Source: Candidatus Fervidifonticultor secundus
Lineage (GTDB): Bacteria > Sysuimicrobiota > Sysuimicrobiia > Sysuimicrobiales > Humicultoraceae
Direction: 5' to 3'
NCBI GenBank assembly: GCA_031459385.1
Contig: JAVKIP010000003.1
Location: forward strand, 64,001-128,000
Length of the DNA stretch: 64,000 nt
Shown here: piece by piece, positions 1 through 12,346 of the stretch
How the letters are laid out: the number at the start of each line of letters is the position of its first letter
Numbering within the stretch: the stretch's first letter is position 1
Position numbers and translations under genes: made by a program
The notes under the pieces: generated by a model
Seen by the model: only the letters and a program-made list of their open reading frames with translations
Told to the model about the DNA's origin: nothing
Database searches by the model: none

Positions 1-43
1 GGCGCGCGGCGCTCGACGGCCACAGGCGCGCGGCGCTCGACGG
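1..43. repeat. 19-nt direct repeat with 24-nt period in the nuoM 3' tail
   Basis: GGCGCGCGGCGCTCGACGG at 1-19 and 25-43, encoding VERRA twice. Confidence 0.7.
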
Positions 44-1535
44 GCGCGGGTCGCTGAAGAGCCACCGGCGCCGACACCCGCTGGAGGGCGGCAGCCGCCG
101 CCGCCTCGGACCGGTCCAGCAGCACACGCGGGGAGAGGCCGATGAGGAAGATCAGCACCACCAGCGGCGCGAACACCGCGACTTCGCGCGCGCTCAGATC
201 TGCCAGCCGCTCGCGGTGCGCGGCCTGCACGGGGCCGTGCATCACCCGCTGGTAGGCCCAGAGCAGGTAGACGGCAGAGAGGATCACCCCGCCCGCAGCC
301 AGCGCCGCCCACCACCGCGAAGCGCGGAAGGCGCCCAGCAGGATCAGGAACTCGCCGGCGAAGCCGTTGGTGCCCGGCAGCGCCGCCGACGACAGCATGA
401 CGATGGTGAACACCGCGGCGAAGCGCGGCATCAGCGCCGCGACACCGCCGTAGGCGGCGATCTGCCGCGTGTGGGTGCGCTCGTACAGCACCCCCACGAT
501 GAGGAACAGGGCACCGGTGCTGATGCCGTGGTTGACCATCTGGAGGAGGCTGCCCTGCAGGCCCTGCACGTTGAGGGCAGCGATGCCCAGCATCACGAAC
601 CCCAGGTGGCTCACGCTGGAGAAGGCCACCAGCCGCTTGAGGTCGGACTGCGCCCACGACACCGCCGCGCCGTAGAGGATGCCGACGATGGCCAGTGCCG
701 CGATCAGCGGGGCGGCCCCGGCCAGCGCCTGGGGGAACAGCGCAGGGCCGAACCGGACGAAGCCGTAGGTACCCATTTTGAGCAGCACGGCGGCCAGGAT
801 GACGCTGCCGGCGGTGGGCGCCTCGGTGTGCGCATCCGGCAGCCAGGTGTGCAGGGGCCAGACGGGCACTTTGACCGCGAAGGCCAGGGCGAACGCCGCG
901 AACAGCCACGCCTGGACGCCGGGGTCCAGGCGCACCGTCGCCAGGCGCTCGAGGTCGAAACTGCGGGCGCCCAGCTGCCCGGAGGCGACCACGTGGAGAG
1001 CCAGGATCGCCACTAGCATCAGCACGCTGGCGGCCATCGTATAAAGGAAGAACTTCAGCGCGGCGTACCGGCGGTGTTCGCTGCCCCACAGGCCGATCAA
1101 GAACGCCATGGGGATCAGCACGGCCTCCCAGAAGACGTAGAAGAGAATCAGATCGAGGCTCAGGAACGTCCCGAGCACTGCGGTCTCCAGCCCCAGCATC
1201 GCCACCGTGAACGCCTTCACGCGCTCGGTGACGGCGCTCCAGGCGCCGAGCAGGGCCACCGGGAAGACCACCGCCACCAGCCCCGCCAGCAGCAGCGAGA
1301 TCCCGTCGATGCCCACGGCGTAGCCGATGCCGAGCTGGGGCACCCAGGGCACCCGCTCGACGAGCTGCAGCCCGCCGGACGACGCGTCGAACGCGCCCCA
1401 GACCGCCGCGAAGACGGCCAGCGTCGCCAGGCTCGCAGCGAGGCCGGTCCATCGGACGAGATCCTCGCGGTCGCGCGGCAGCAGGGCCACCACCGCGGCG
1501 CCGGCCAGGGGCAGGAAGATCAACCAGGACAGCAC
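1..1535 (-). CDS. nuoM: NADH-quinone oxidoreductase subunit M (3' end runs off window)
   Basis: Manual translation from GTG at 1535 (VLSWLIFLPLAG...) gives FYVFWEAVLIPM, AFAVKVPVWPLHTWLPDAHTEAPTAGSVILAAVLLKMG, AFSSVSHLG, QMVNHG, LPGTNGFAGEF; follows nuoL. Not in the ORF track because no stop lies in the window. Confidence 0.96.
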   Translation of the reverse strand, partial: MLSWLIFLPLAGAAVVALLPRDREDLVRWTGLAASLATLAVFAAVWGAFDASSGGLQLVERVPWVPQLGIGYAVGIDGISLLLAGLVAVVFPVALLGAWSAVTERVKAFTVAMLGLETAVLGTFLSLDLILFYVFWEAVLIPMAFLIGLWGSEHRRYAALKFFLYTMAASVLMLVAILALHVVASGQLGARSFDLERLATVRLDPGVQAWLFAAFALAFAVKVPVWPLHTWLPDAHTEAPTAGSVILAAVLLKMGTYGFVRFGPALFPQALAGAAPLIAALAIVGILYGAAVSWAQSDLKRLVAFSSVSHLGFVMLGIAALNVQGLQGSLLQMVNHGISTGALFLIVGVLYERTHTRQIAAYGGVAALMPRFAAVFTIVMLSSAALPGTNGFAGEFLILLGAFRASRWWAALAAGGVILSAVYLLWAYQRVMHGPVQAAHRERLADLSAREVAVFAPLVVLIFLIGLSPRVLLDRSEAAAAAALQRVSAPVALQRPAPVERRAPVAVERRA

Positions 1536-1539
1536 GCCG

Positions 1540-3405
<1,866 letters not shown>

Positions 3406-3408
3406 GGG

Positions 3409-3711
3409 CTACCCGCGCAGGAGGTCCACGTCGTCGATATCGACGGTGGCGCGGGCGCGGAAGATGTTGACGATGAGGGCCAGGCCCACCACCACCTCGA
3501 CGGCCGCCACCACCAGCACGAAGAAGACCACCACTTGGCCATCGGGCGCGCCGTGCTGGCGCGCGAAGGTCACGAACGCCAGGTTGACCGCGTTCAGCAT
3601 GACCTCCACGCTCATGAAGATGATGAGGGCGTTGCGCCGCACCAGCACCCCCGCCGCGCCCAGCACGAAGAGCGCCGCGCTCAGCGCCAGGTAGGCGCCG
3701 GCAGGGACCAT
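3409..3711 (-). CDS. nuoK: NADH-quinone oxidoreductase subunit K
   Basis: 100 aa, [31 protein letters not shown]. Confidence 0.97.
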   Translation of the reverse strand: MVPAGAYLALSAALFVLGAAGVLVRRNALIIFMSVEVMLNAVNLAFVTFARQHGAPDGQVVVFFVLVVAAVEVVVGLALIVNIFRARATVDIDDVDLLRG

Positions 3712-3714
3712 TGC

Positions 3715-4335
3715 TCAGCGCGCCTCCTCGGACGGCACTGCCGTCTGGTGGGTCTCGGCGGCCGGCGCACGCGGCCCCCACGCCTGGCCGCCCGGCGTAT
3801 CGTGCGCGCCCCGGGACGGCCCCGGGAGGGCGTCGTCGGAGGGCTCGCCCGTCCGCCGACCCAGCACCGCCGCGGCCACGATGCCCACCAGGAGGATCAC
3901 CGACGCCAGCTCGAAGGGCAGCAGGTAGGTCACGAAGAGTGCCTCCCCCACCTGCTGGGCGGTGCCGAACGCCTCGGGGGGCGGCCCGAACGTCCCGGCC
4001 GCCGCCAGGACCGCGCCCAGCAGCACCCCCAGGTAGAGGGCCGCCATCAGGATGGCGGCGCGGCGCTGGCGCGGCAGCTTCTCGGTCGGGCCCTCGCCGG
4101 ACCGCGCGTGCAGCAGCATGATAACGAAGAGGAACAGCACCACCACGGCGCCGGCGTAGATGATGACCTGCACCATGGCGATGAACTGCGCGGCCAGCAG
4201 CAGGTAGGTGACGGCCAGCGAGGCCAGCACCAGCAGCAGGGCCAGCGCGCTGTGCACCGGCGCGCGCGCGGCGATGACGCCCACGGCGCCGGCCAGCGCC
4301 GTGGCGGCCGCGGCCAGGAAGACCGCCCACTCCAC
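3715..4335 (-). CDS. nuoJ: NADH-quinone oxidoreductase subunit J
   Basis: PVHSALALL, QVIIYAGAVVVLFLFVIML, YLLPFELASVILL. Confidence 0.97.
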   Translation of the reverse strand: MEWAVFLAAAATALAGAVGVIAARAPVHSALALLLVLASLAVTYLLLAAQFIAMVQVIIYAGAVVVLFLFVIMLLHARSGEGPTEKLPRQRRAAILMAALYLGVLLGAVLAAAGTFGPPPEAFGTAQQVGEALFVTYLLPFELASVILLVGIVAAAVLGRRTGEPSDDALPGPSRGAHDTPGGQAWGPRAPAAETHQTAVPSEEAR

Positions 4336-4336
4336 G

Positions 4337-4810
4337 CTAGACGTCCCTCCGCGGATCGCGCCCCGAGGCGCCGGGATAGGGCTCGGTGAGCATGGGCTTG
4401 GTGTAGATCATCGCCTCCCGCGAGGAGCTGGCGAGCTCGTACTCGTGGCCCAGCACGATGGCACCCGTCGGGCAGGCCTCCTCGCAGAAGCCGCAGAAGA
4501 TGCAGCGCAGCATGTTGATCTGGAACTCTTCGGCGTAGCGTTCCCCCTTGCTCACCTGGCGCTCCGGGGTGTTCTCGGCGGCCCTGACGTAGATCGCCTG
4601 GGAGGGACAGACGATCACGCACAGCTCGCAGCCCACGCACCGCTCGAGCCCGTCGGCGTAGCGGGTGAGCCAGTGACGGCCCTTGAATCGCGTCTCGACG
4701 CGCGTCTTCTCGTCGGGATACTGGATCGTGACCGGGCGGCGCAGGGCATACCGGCCCGTGACCAGCAGGCCCCGAACCAGGGCCACCGTTTGCCGCAGCA
4801 GCCCCGCCAC
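4337..4810 (-). CDS. nuoI: NADH-quinone oxidoreductase subunit I
   Basis: TIQYP, two CxxCxxCxxxCP ferredoxin motifs (CVGCELCVIVCP, CIFCGFCEEACP). Confidence 0.98.
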   Translation of the reverse strand: MAGLLRQTVALVRGLLVTGRYALRRPVTIQYPDEKTRVETRFKGRHWLTRYADGLERCVGCELCVIVCPSQAIYVRAAENTPERQVSKGERYAEEFQINMLRCIFCGFCEEACPTGAIVLGHEYELASSSREAMIYTKPMLTEPYPGASGRDPRRDV

Positions 4811-4814
4811 CCGG

Positions 4815-5801
4815 CTAGCCTCCCCGGAGGGCCACGACGGCAGCCGTGACTACCACGTTGGCCAGCCCCACGGGCACCAGCACCTTCCACCCCAGGGCCA
4901 TGAGCTGGTCGTGCCGGACCCGCGGCATCGTCGCCCGCAGCCAGATGAACAGCGCCACAAAGCCGAAGGTCTTCAGCACCACCCACACCGGCCCGGGCAG
5001 CAGCGGTCCCTGCCACCCGCCGAAGAAGAGCGTGGTGGCCAGCAGGCTCATGGTCACGATGCCGATGTACTCGCCGATGTAGAACATCGCGAACTTGAAG
5101 CCGCCGTACTCGGTCTGGAACCCGGCGATCAGCTCCTGCTCGGCCTCGGGCAGATCGAACGGCGCGCGGTTCGTCTCGGCCACGGCGCCGATCAGGAAGA
5201 GCAGGAACCCGACCGGCTGCACGGCCACGAACCAGACCCGCGCCTGGGCCCGGACGATCTCCACCAGGCTCAGCGAGCCCGCCGTCAGCACCACCGCCAC
5301 TACCGCCAGGCCGATGGCCAGCTCGTAGCTGATGAGCTGGGCGCTGGAGCGCAGGCTCCCCAGCAGCGCATATTTGTTGTTCACGGACCAGCCGCCCAGG
5401 ATGATGCCGTAGACGCCGATCGACGACGCCGCCAGCACCAGCAGGACTCCCACGTTGACGTCGGCCAGGTAGAGCGGGATGCGCGCGCCGAACACCGTGA
5501 TCTCTGGCCCCAGGGGGAGCACCGCGTACACGAACAGCGCGGCGACCATGGAGATCGCCGGCGCGACCCAGTAGACCAGCACGTCGGCGCCGGCGGGCAT
5601 GAAGCTCTCCTTGAAGAGGAGCTTGATGCCGTCGGCCAGCGGTTGGAGCAGGCCGAACGGCCCCACGCGGTTCGGCCCGTAGCGCAACTGGAACCTGGCC
5701 AGCAGGCGGCGCTCAAGGAGCGTCATGTACGCGCACGCCGTCAGCAGCACGACCAGCAGCACGATGCTCTTGGCCGCCGCGGCCAGCACCGCGCCCGTCA
5801 C
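4815..5801 (-). CDS. nuoH: NADH-quinone oxidoreductase subunit H
   Basis: GPNRVGPFGLLQPLADGIKL, AETNRAPFDLPEAEQEL. Confidence 0.98.
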   Translation of the reverse strand: MTGAVLAAAAKSIVLLVVLLTACAYMTLLERRLLARFQLRYGPNRVGPFGLLQPLADGIKLLFKESFMPAGADVLVYWVAPAISMVAALFVYAVLPLGPEITVFGARIPLYLADVNVGVLLVLAASSIGVYGIILGGWSVNNKYALLGSLRSSAQLISYELAIGLAVVAVVLTAGSLSLVEIVRAQARVWFVAVQPVGFLLFLIGAVAETNRAPFDLPEAEQELIAGFQTEYGGFKFAMFYIGEYIGIVTMSLLATTLFFGGWQGPLLPGPVWVVLKTFGFVALFIWLRATMPRVRHDQLMALGWKVLVPVGLANVVVTAAVVALRGG

Positions 5802-5844
5802 CGCCGGCCCTCCTGCCCGGGCCTCCCGTGCCCACCGGGCCGGG

Positions 5845-8286
5845 TCATGCGTCCCCTCCGGGGATGGCCGCCGGCACCAACGCCCGCACTGTGGCGCGGG
5901 CGACGATCTCGGGCCAGCGCACGAGGTGGTGGATCGGCAGGCCCTCGGCCCGGCGCGGGACCAGCACCTGCCCGGCTGGCGTCTCGTCGCTCACGCGGGC
6001 CTGCAGGACCACGGCGCCAGCGGCCGTGGCCACCTGAACGAGCGCGCCGTCGGCGATCTCCAGGCGCGCCGCGTCGTCGGGGTGGACGACGCACTGCGGC
6101 GGCCCGGCCAGTTCGGCCACACCCGGGCAGCGCGCCGTCATCGTCCCCCGGGTGAACAGCGCGTCCACCGGCAGCACGGTCAGCCGGTCGCCGTCGGACC
6201 CGGCCGCAGCGGCCGTCTCCGGCGCCGCGGGCAGCGCCACAGGCACCCGCACCGGCCCCACCGGGCTGGCGGCCTCGAGCGCGAGCCCGGGGAGCCGCCG
6301 GCGCATCAGCGCCAGCAGCTCGTCGGCCGTGCCAGGCGCCAGGGTGGCGCCCAGGCGATCGGCCAGGCGCATGAAGATCTCGGCGTCGGCTCGTGCCTGG
6401 CCGGGACCGGCCACCGCCGCGCGCAGCGGCAGCAGCCGCCCCTCCAGGTTCATGACCGTGCCGTCCTTTTCCGGTAGCACCAGCGCCGGCAGCACCACGT
6501 CTGCGCTCTCCGCTGTCGGCGACAGGAACGCTTCGTGCACCACGACGAAGCCCGCGCCCGCGCGGGCCGCCGGCCACGCTGTCGCATCCGCCGCGTCGGT
6601 GGCCGGGTCGGCACCCGCGACGTACAGCACGTCCACCTCGCCCGCCGCGGCGCGCTGCAGAATCTGCGGCGCGGTCCAGCCGCCCTCGCCCGGCAGCAGG
6701 CCGAGGCGCTGCGCGCCGATGTCGTTGCCGCGGCCGCGCATGACGTGCACCAGCCCGCCGACGCGCGCGGCCAGGTCGGCAGCAGCGCGCAGGATCGAAC
6801 GGCCGGGCGGCCCGTCCAGCGCCACGCGACCCACGAAGACGTGCACCTGCCCTCCCGCGGCCACGGCCCCCCCAGCCCCGACCAGCGCCGGGGCCGCCCC
6901 GTCGTGATCTTGCCCCGTGGCCGGCCCGGGCGGCCGGCCGTCCTTTGCGGCCGAGGTCGCAGCGCGCAAGTCCATGACCGCCTGCGCCAGGCGGTCGTAG
7001 GGCCGCACGATCGTCCAGTGCGCCCAGCGGGCGACCTCCGGCCGCCTCACATGGAGCAAGATCAACCGTGCGCCACGGTCGAGCGCCTGCTTGAGGCGCA
7101 GCCATAGCACCGGGTACTCCTCGGTCAGGTCGCAGCCGATGAGCACGAAGACGTCCCCGCGGCCGATCTCCTCGATGGGCGCGCGGAGCCCCCAGGCGAC
7201 CTCCAGGCTCGGGCTCCCCGCCGGGACGTCGGTCCGATGGTCGAGGTGCGGCGTGCCCACCACGTCCCGGAAGAGCGTCGCCGCCAGCACGATGTCCTCG
7301 TTGGCCAGGCGCCGTCCGCCGAGAAACGCCACCCGCTGCGGCCCGCGGGCGCGCGCGGTGGCCAGGCGCGCGCCCACGAGATCGAGGGCCTCGGCCCAAG
7401 TGGCCTCCTCGAGCCGCCCGTGGCGTCTGATGAGCGGCACCCGCAGGCGGTCGGGCGAGGCCACGTAGTCGTGGCCGAAGAACCCCAGGTCGCACAGCCA
7501 GATGTCGTTGATCGCGGCGGACTCGCGGGCGCGGGTGCGCACCACCTGGCCGTCGCGCACGTCCAGCCAGACCGCACAGCCGAGCCCGCACAGCGTGCAG
7601 GTCGAAGCCACGGGCCGGCTATCCCATGGCCGCGCGCGGAACCGGTAGGTGCGGCTGGTCAGGGCGCCGACGGGACAGATGGCGATGGTGTTCCCGATGA
7701 ACCTGGAGTCGACCGGCAGGGCAAGCGGCGTGTTGATCTCGCTGGTGAAGCCGCGGGCGAAGCCTTTCAGCGCATGATCGCCGGCGACGATTTCACCGAA
7801 CCGGACGCACCGCCAGCACAGGATGCAGCGCTCGCGGTCGAGCATCAGCACCGGGCCCAGGGCGACCGGCTTGGCGAAGTCCCGCTTGGCCTCGACGAAC
7901 CGGCTGCGGCCGGGCCCGAAGCGGAGCGTCTGATCCTGGAGCGGACACTCGCCGCCCTTGTCGCAGATCGGGCAGTCGAGCGGGTGGTTGATCAATAGGA
8001 ACTCGAGGATGGCTTCCTGCCCCGCCCGCACCTCCGCCGACTGCGTGTCCACCACCATGCCCTCGGCCGCCGGCAACGTGCACGCGGTCTGCAGTTTCGG
8101 CATCTTCTCGACCTTCACCAGGCACATGCGGCAGGCGCCCAGCGGCGGCATCCGGTCGTGGTAACAGAAGATGGGGATCTCGCTGCCCGCGGCGCGGGCG
8201 GCGTGGTAGACTGTGGTGCCCTTGGGCACGGTGACGGTCCGGCCGTCGATCGTGAGGGTGACGACCTCGGGCGGGCTAGTGGCCAT
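5845..8286 (-). CDS. nuoG: NADH-quinone oxidoreductase subunit G
   Basis: IPIFCYH..GACRMC, NHPLDCPICDKGGECPLQ, RCILCWRC, CTLCGLGC; start moved to ATG 8286 overlapping the nuoF end. Confidence 0.96.
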   Translation of the reverse strand: MATSPPEVVTLTIDGRTVTVPKGTTVYHAARAAGSEIPIFCYHDRMPPLGACRMCLVKVEKMPKLQTACTLPAAEGMVVDTQSAEVRAGQEAILEFLLINHPLDCPICDKGGECPLQDQTLRFGPGRSRFVEAKRDFAKPVALGPVLMLDRERCILCWRCVRFGEIVAGDHALKGFARGFTSEINTPLALPVDSRFIGNTIAICPVGALTSRTYRFRARPWDSRPVASTCTLCGLGCAVWLDVRDGQVVRTRARESAAINDIWLCDLGFFGHDYVASPDRLRVPLIRRHGRLEEATWAEALDLVGARLATARARGPQRVAFLGGRRLANEDIVLAATLFRDVVGTPHLDHRTDVPAGSPSLEVAWGLRAPIEEIGRGDVFVLIGCDLTEEYPVLWLRLKQALDRGARLILLHVRRPEVARWAHWTIVRPYDRLAQAVMDLRAATSAAKDGRPPGPATGQDHDGAAPALVGAGGAVAAGGQVHVFVGRVALDGPPGRSILRAAADLAARVGGLVHVMRGRGNDIGAQRLGLLPGEGGWTAPQILQRAAAGEVDVLYVAGADPATDAADATAWPAARAGAGFVVVHEAFLSPTAESADVVLPALVLPEKDGTVMNLEGRLLPLRAAVAGPGQARADAEIFMRLADRLGATLAPGTADELLALMRRRLPGLALEAASPVGPVRVPVALPAAPETAAAAGSDGDRLTVLPVDALFTRGTMTARCPGVAELAGPPQCVVHPDDAARLEIADGALVQVATAAGAVVLQARVSDETPAGQVLVPRRAEGLPIHHLVRWPEIVARATVRALVPAAIPGGDA

Positions 8287-9565
8287 GCGCGGCTCCTGCG
8301 GCGCCGCCCGACGTCGGCGCGCCGGGGGCGCCGGCCCGGGCGATGTGGCGCTCGTACCCATGGCGGAAATGGCGCAGGGACGCCACCAGGCTCGGCGGCA
8401 CGCTCTCCCCCAGGGGGCAGAAGCAGGTGCCGGTCATGCCCCGGGCGATGCTCTCCAGCAGTGCCAGATCCTCGGGGCGGCCGCGCCCGTGGAGGATCCG
8501 GTCGAACACTTGCGTGATCCACACCGTCCCCTCGCGGCAGGGCGTGCACTTGCCGCACGACTCGTCGCGGTAGAACTCGACGATGCGGGCCAGCACCTCG
8601 ACCATGTCGGCCGAATCGTCGATGACGATCACGGCCGCCGAGCCCAGCATCGAGCCCACCGCGCGCAGGCTGTCGTAGTCCATGGCCACGTCCAGGTGTT
8701 CCTCGGTCAGCAGCATCGACGACGACCCGCCCGGGAATGCCGCCTGGAAGCGCCGGCCGGGTCGCAGCCCGCCCGCGTGCTCGAAGATTATCTCGCGCAG
8801 CGGGGTACCCAGGGGCAGCTCGTAGACTCCGGGCAGGGTCACGTGGCCGCTCACCGAGAACAGCGCCGGGGGGCCCAGCTCCCGGTAGCGCTCGGGGCCC
8901 AGCGCGAGGACCGCGGGCACGTGGCAGAGCGTCTCGACGTTGTTCACCAGGGTCGGCATCTGGTAGAGTCCCGCCTGCGCCGGAAACGGCGGCCGCAGCC
9001 GCGGCAGCGCGCGCCGGCCCTCCAGCGACTCGAGCAGGGCCGACTCCTCGCCCGCGATGTAGGCCCCCGCCCCGGTGTGGACCACGATCTCCACGGTGTG
9101 CTCGCCGCCGAAGACCCTCCTGCCGATGAACCCGGCGGCCCGGGCCTGCGCCACGGCCTGCTCCAGCAGGCGGCGGGCGCGGTGGAACTCACGCCGCAGA
9201 TAGATGTACGCCTTCTGGGCGCCCACGGTCACGGCCGCGATGATGATGCCCTCCAGCAGCAGGTGGGGGCAGCCCTCCAGGAGCGTGCGGTCCTTGAACG
9301 TGCCCGGCTCGCCCTCGTCGGCGTTGACCACGACGTACTTCACCGGCGCGCTGCGGGGGATGAACTTCCACTTCTGGCCGGTGGGGAACCCCGCGCCGCC
9401 CTTGCCCCGCAGCCCCGACTGCACCAGCAGGTCGATCACCGACTCCGGCGGCAGCTCGCCGGTCGCCACGCGCCGCGCCGCCTCGTACCCGCCGGCGCGG
9501 CGGTAGGCCGCCAGGTCGTGCACCCCGCCGTTTCGCGTCCACCTCAGCAGGATCGACTCACGCAT
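8276..9565 (-). CDS. nuoF: NADH-quinone oxidoreductase subunit F
   Basis: SGLRGKGGAGFPTGQKW, NADEGEPGTFKDR, GAGAYIAGEESAL, ESCGKCTPCREG. Confidence 0.98.
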   Translation of the reverse strand: MRESILLRWTRNGGVHDLAAYRRAGGYEAARRVATGELPPESVIDLLVQSGLRGKGGAGFPTGQKWKFIPRSAPVKYVVVNADEGEPGTFKDRTLLEGCPHLLLEGIIIAAVTVGAQKAYIYLRREFHRARRLLEQAVAQARAAGFIGRRVFGGEHTVEIVVHTGAGAYIAGEESALLESLEGRRALPRLRPPFPAQAGLYQMPTLVNNVETLCHVPAVLALGPERYRELGPPALFSVSGHVTLPGVYELPLGTPLREIIFEHAGGLRPGRRFQAAFPGGSSSMLLTEEHLDVAMDYDSLRAVGSMLGSAAVIVIDDSADMVEVLARIVEFYRDESCGKCTPCREGTVWITQVFDRILHGRGRPEDLALLESIARGMTGTCFCPLGESVPPSLVASLRHFRHGYERHIARAGAPGAPTSGGAAGAAHGH

Positions 9566-9574
9566 CGCCAGACC

Positions 9575-10087
9575 TCACGGATACCGGGCCAGGAGTTCGT
9601 CCACGGCTGCGGGCCCCACCCGCGGCCACCGGTCCTCGTCGATGAGGACGACCGGCGCCTCCTCGCACGCCGCCAGGCACTCGGCTGCCCGCCACGTGAA
9701 GCGGCCGTCGGGGGTGGTGCCGCCCGGGCCGACGCCCAGGCGCTCGTGCAGCCGCCGCACCACCGCGCTGCAGCCAGCCAGCATGCACGAGACGTTGGTG
9801 CACACCTGGATGACGTGCCGGCCGACCGGCTCGAGGTAGAACAGATGGTAGAACGAGGCGACCGACGCGACCTCGGCCAGCGGCAGGTCCAGGGCCGCCG
9901 CGACGCCGTCGAGCGCTTCGGGCGGGAGCCACCCGTACTCGGCCTGGGCGACGAAGAGCGCGGGCAGCAGCGCGGACTGCCGGTGCTCGTAGCGGGCGGC
10001 CAGCCGTCGGATCTCCCGCCGGGCAGCCTCGCTCAGCGGCCGCCCGCCGGCGCGCGGCGCGCCCGCCGGCAGCCGCGCCGCGCTCAT
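9575..10087 (-). CDS. nuoE: NADH-quinone oxidoreductase subunit E
   Basis: C-terminal part of track ORF 9575..11032; VASFYH, VCTNVSC...ECLAAC 2Fe-2S motif; ATG overlaps the nuoD stop (ATGA). Confidence 0.95.
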   Translation of the reverse strand: MSAARLPAGAPRAGGRPLSEAARREIRRLAARYEHRQSALLPALFVAQAEYGWLPPEALDGVAAALDLPLAEVASVASFYHLFYLEPVGRHVIQVCTNVSCMLAGCSAVVRRLHERLGVGPGGTTPDGRFTWRAAECLAACEEAPVVLIDEDRWPRVGPAAVDELLARYP

Positions 10088-11262
10088 CGGTCCACGTCCC
10101 CCAGCACCGGGTCCACGGTGGCGATGACCACCACGATGTCGGCCATGGAGTGGCCCCGCAGCAGCACCGGCAGCGCCTGGAGGTTGTTGAACGACGCCGA
10201 GCGCACCCGCACCCGCGCCGGCCGGTTGCTGCCGTCGCTGACCAGGTAGTAGCCCTTCTCGCCGCGCGGCGACTCCACCGCGTGGTACACTTCGCCCGCC
10301 GGCGGGTGCAGGCCCTCGCTCACCAGCTTGAACTGGTGGATCACCGCCTCCATGCTCGACACCAGTTCCCCGCGCGGCGGCAGGGCGACCTTGCGGTCGT
10401 CGACGATCCAGGGCCCGTCGGGCAGCCGGTCGAGCGCCTGGAGGATGATGCGGCGCGACTGCCGCATCTCCTCCATCCGCAGCCGGTACCGCTCGAACGA
10501 ATCGCCGCTGGTGCCCACCGGGACGTCGAACGCGTACTGCTCGTAGCCACTGTACGGGAACGCCTTGCGGACGTCGTAGGGGACGCCCGACCCCCGCAGC
10601 AGCGGGCCCGTGCAGCCGAAGCGCACCGCATCCTCCGCCGACAGCACTCCTATGCCCTCGGTGCGCCTGCGCCAGATCAGGTTGTCGGTCAGCATCGCCT
10701 CGAGGTCGTCCAGGTGCCTGGGCAGGGCAGCCAGGAACCGGCGCACGCGGGGGACGAAGCCCTCCGGCAGGTCCCACGCCAGGCCGCCGATGCGCATGTA
10801 GCCGTGCATCATCCGCTGGCCGGAGACCATCTCGAAGATGTCCAGGATGTCTTCCCGCGCCTGGAAGCAGTAGAAGAAGCCGCTGGTGACGTTGAGCTCC
10901 AGCACGCTGGTCCCCAACCACACCAGGTGGCTGGCGATGCGCGACAGCTCCATGAGGATCACGCGGGCCACCTGCGCGCGCTCGGGCGGGGTGAGGTCCA
11001 TCAGCTTCTCCACCGCCAGCACGTAGGCACACTCCTCGATGAACGTCGCCAGGTACTCGATGCGCGCCGGGAAGACGATGTTCTGGTGATAGGTACGATG
11101 CTCCATCGTCTTCTCGAACCCGGTGTGGAGGTAGCCGATCACCGGCCGGCAGCCCACGATGGCCTCGCCCTCGAGGTCGAGCAGCACCCGCAGCACCCCG
11201 TGGGTCGCCGGGTGCTGCGGCCCCACGTTGATCGTCAGCGCCTGGGTCCGGAGTTCTGTCAC
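10084..11262 (-). CDS. nuoD: NADH-quinone oxidoreductase subunit D
   Basis: NVGPQHPATHGVLR, GYLHTGFEK, ESPRGE, DPVLGDVDR C-terminus; GTG start at 11262. Confidence 0.97.
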   Translation of the reverse strand: MTELRTQALTINVGPQHPATHGVLRVLLDLEGEAIVGCRPVIGYLHTGFEKTMEHRTYHQNIVFPARIEYLATFIEECAYVLAVEKLMDLTPPERAQVARVILMELSRIASHLVWLGTSVLELNVTSGFFYCFQAREDILDIFEMVSGQRMMHGYMRIGGLAWDLPEGFVPRVRRFLAALPRHLDDLEAMLTDNLIWRRRTEGIGVLSAEDAVRFGCTGPLLRGSGVPYDVRKAFPYSGYEQYAFDVPVGTSGDSFERYRLRMEEMRQSRRIILQALDRLPDGPWIVDDRKVALPPRGELVSSMEAVIHQFKLVSEGLHPPAGEVYHAVESPRGEKGYYLVSDGSNRPARVRVRSASFNNLQALPVLLRGHSMADIVVVIATVDPVLGDVDR

Positions 11263-11327
11263 GCCTCGCTCACCCACCCGTGTCCCTCCGTGCCCGCCCT
11301 GCGGGTGCCCGGGACACACCCGCGACG

Positions 11328-11852
11328 CTAGCGCCGCGGCGGCGATGTCGGAATGATCTGGCTGGGGACGTTCGGGACGTGCCCGATGAACTCCACCGGC
11401 TCCTCGGTCAGCGGGAAGTCCTTGCGCAGCGGGTGCCCCTCCCAGTCGTCCGGCAGCAGGATCCGCGAGAGGTTCGGGTGGCCCTCGAAGCGGATCCCGA
11501 ACAGATCGTAGACTTCACGCTCCAGCCAGTCGGCGCCGGGCCACAGCCCGGTAACGCTGCCGATCACCGGGCGGTCGGCCGGCAGGCGTGCCTTCACGCG
11601 CAGGCGCACCGGTGGCTGCAGGCCTGTCAGCAGGTAGACGACCTCGAACCGCGGCTCCGTCGGATGCCGGTCGACCGCCGTCAGGTCGGTGAGCATCCAG
11701 GGTCCACCGGGCGCGGCGCGCACCGCTTCCAGCGCCTCGCGCACCCGGTCCGCGGGCACGACCACCGTGACCTCGCCCCGGAACTCGACGCGCTCGAGGG
11801 CACCGTCGCCCAGGTGCGCCTGCACCCGGGCCACCAGCGCCTGGGGCTCCAT
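11328..11852 (-). CDS. nuoC: NADH-quinone oxidoreductase subunit C
   Basis: [53 protein letters not shown]. Confidence 0.96.
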   Translation of the reverse strand: MEPQALVARVQAHLGDGALERVEFRGEVTVVVPADRVREALEAVRAAPGGPWMLTDLTAVDRHPTEPRFEVVYLLTGLQPPVRLRVKARLPADRPVIGSVTGLWPGADWLEREVYDLFGIRFEGHPNLSRILLPDDWEGHPLRKDFPLTEEPVEFIGHVPNVPSQIIPTSPPRR

Positions 11853-12346
11853 CAGCGGCGGCCTCCGCCGGCGGCGATCTTCTCGCGAAGCTTGAGCACG
11901 CCGTAGAGCAGGGCTTCGGGGCGCGGCGGGCACCCGGCGACGTAGACATCGACGGGGACGATCTTGTCGACGCCCTGGACCAGCGCGTAGTTGTTGAAGA
12001 CGCCCCCGCACGAGGCGCAGTCGCCCATGGCGATGACCCACTTCGGCTCCAGCATCTGGTCGTAGATGTGCCGCAGGACGGGCGCCATCTTCTGCGAGAC
12101 GCGGCCCGAGACGATCAGCAGATCGGCCTGGCGGGGGGAGGCGCGGAACACCTCGCTGCCGAAACGGGCGATGTCGAAGCGTGCGGCGGTGCTGGCCATC
12201 ATCTCGATCGCGCAGCACGCCAGCCCGAACTGCGCGGGCCAGATGCTGCCCGAGCGCGCCCACGCCACCATCTTCTCCACGGTGGTGGTCAGCAGACGCC
12301 GCTCGAACGCGCGAGCCTCGGCGGACTCGCGCGCGGTCACTGCCAT
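11852..12346 (-). CDS. nuoB: NADH-quinone oxidoreductase subunit B
   Basis: [36 protein letters not shown]. Confidence 0.97.
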   Translation of the reverse strand: MAVTARESAEARAFERRLLTTTVEKMVAWARSGSIWPAQFGLACCAIEMMASTAARFDIARFGSEVFRASPRQADLLIVSGRVSQKMAPVLRHIYDQMLEPKWVIAMGDCASCGGVFNNYALVQGVDKIVPVDVYVAGCPPRPEALLYGVLKLREKIAAGGGRR

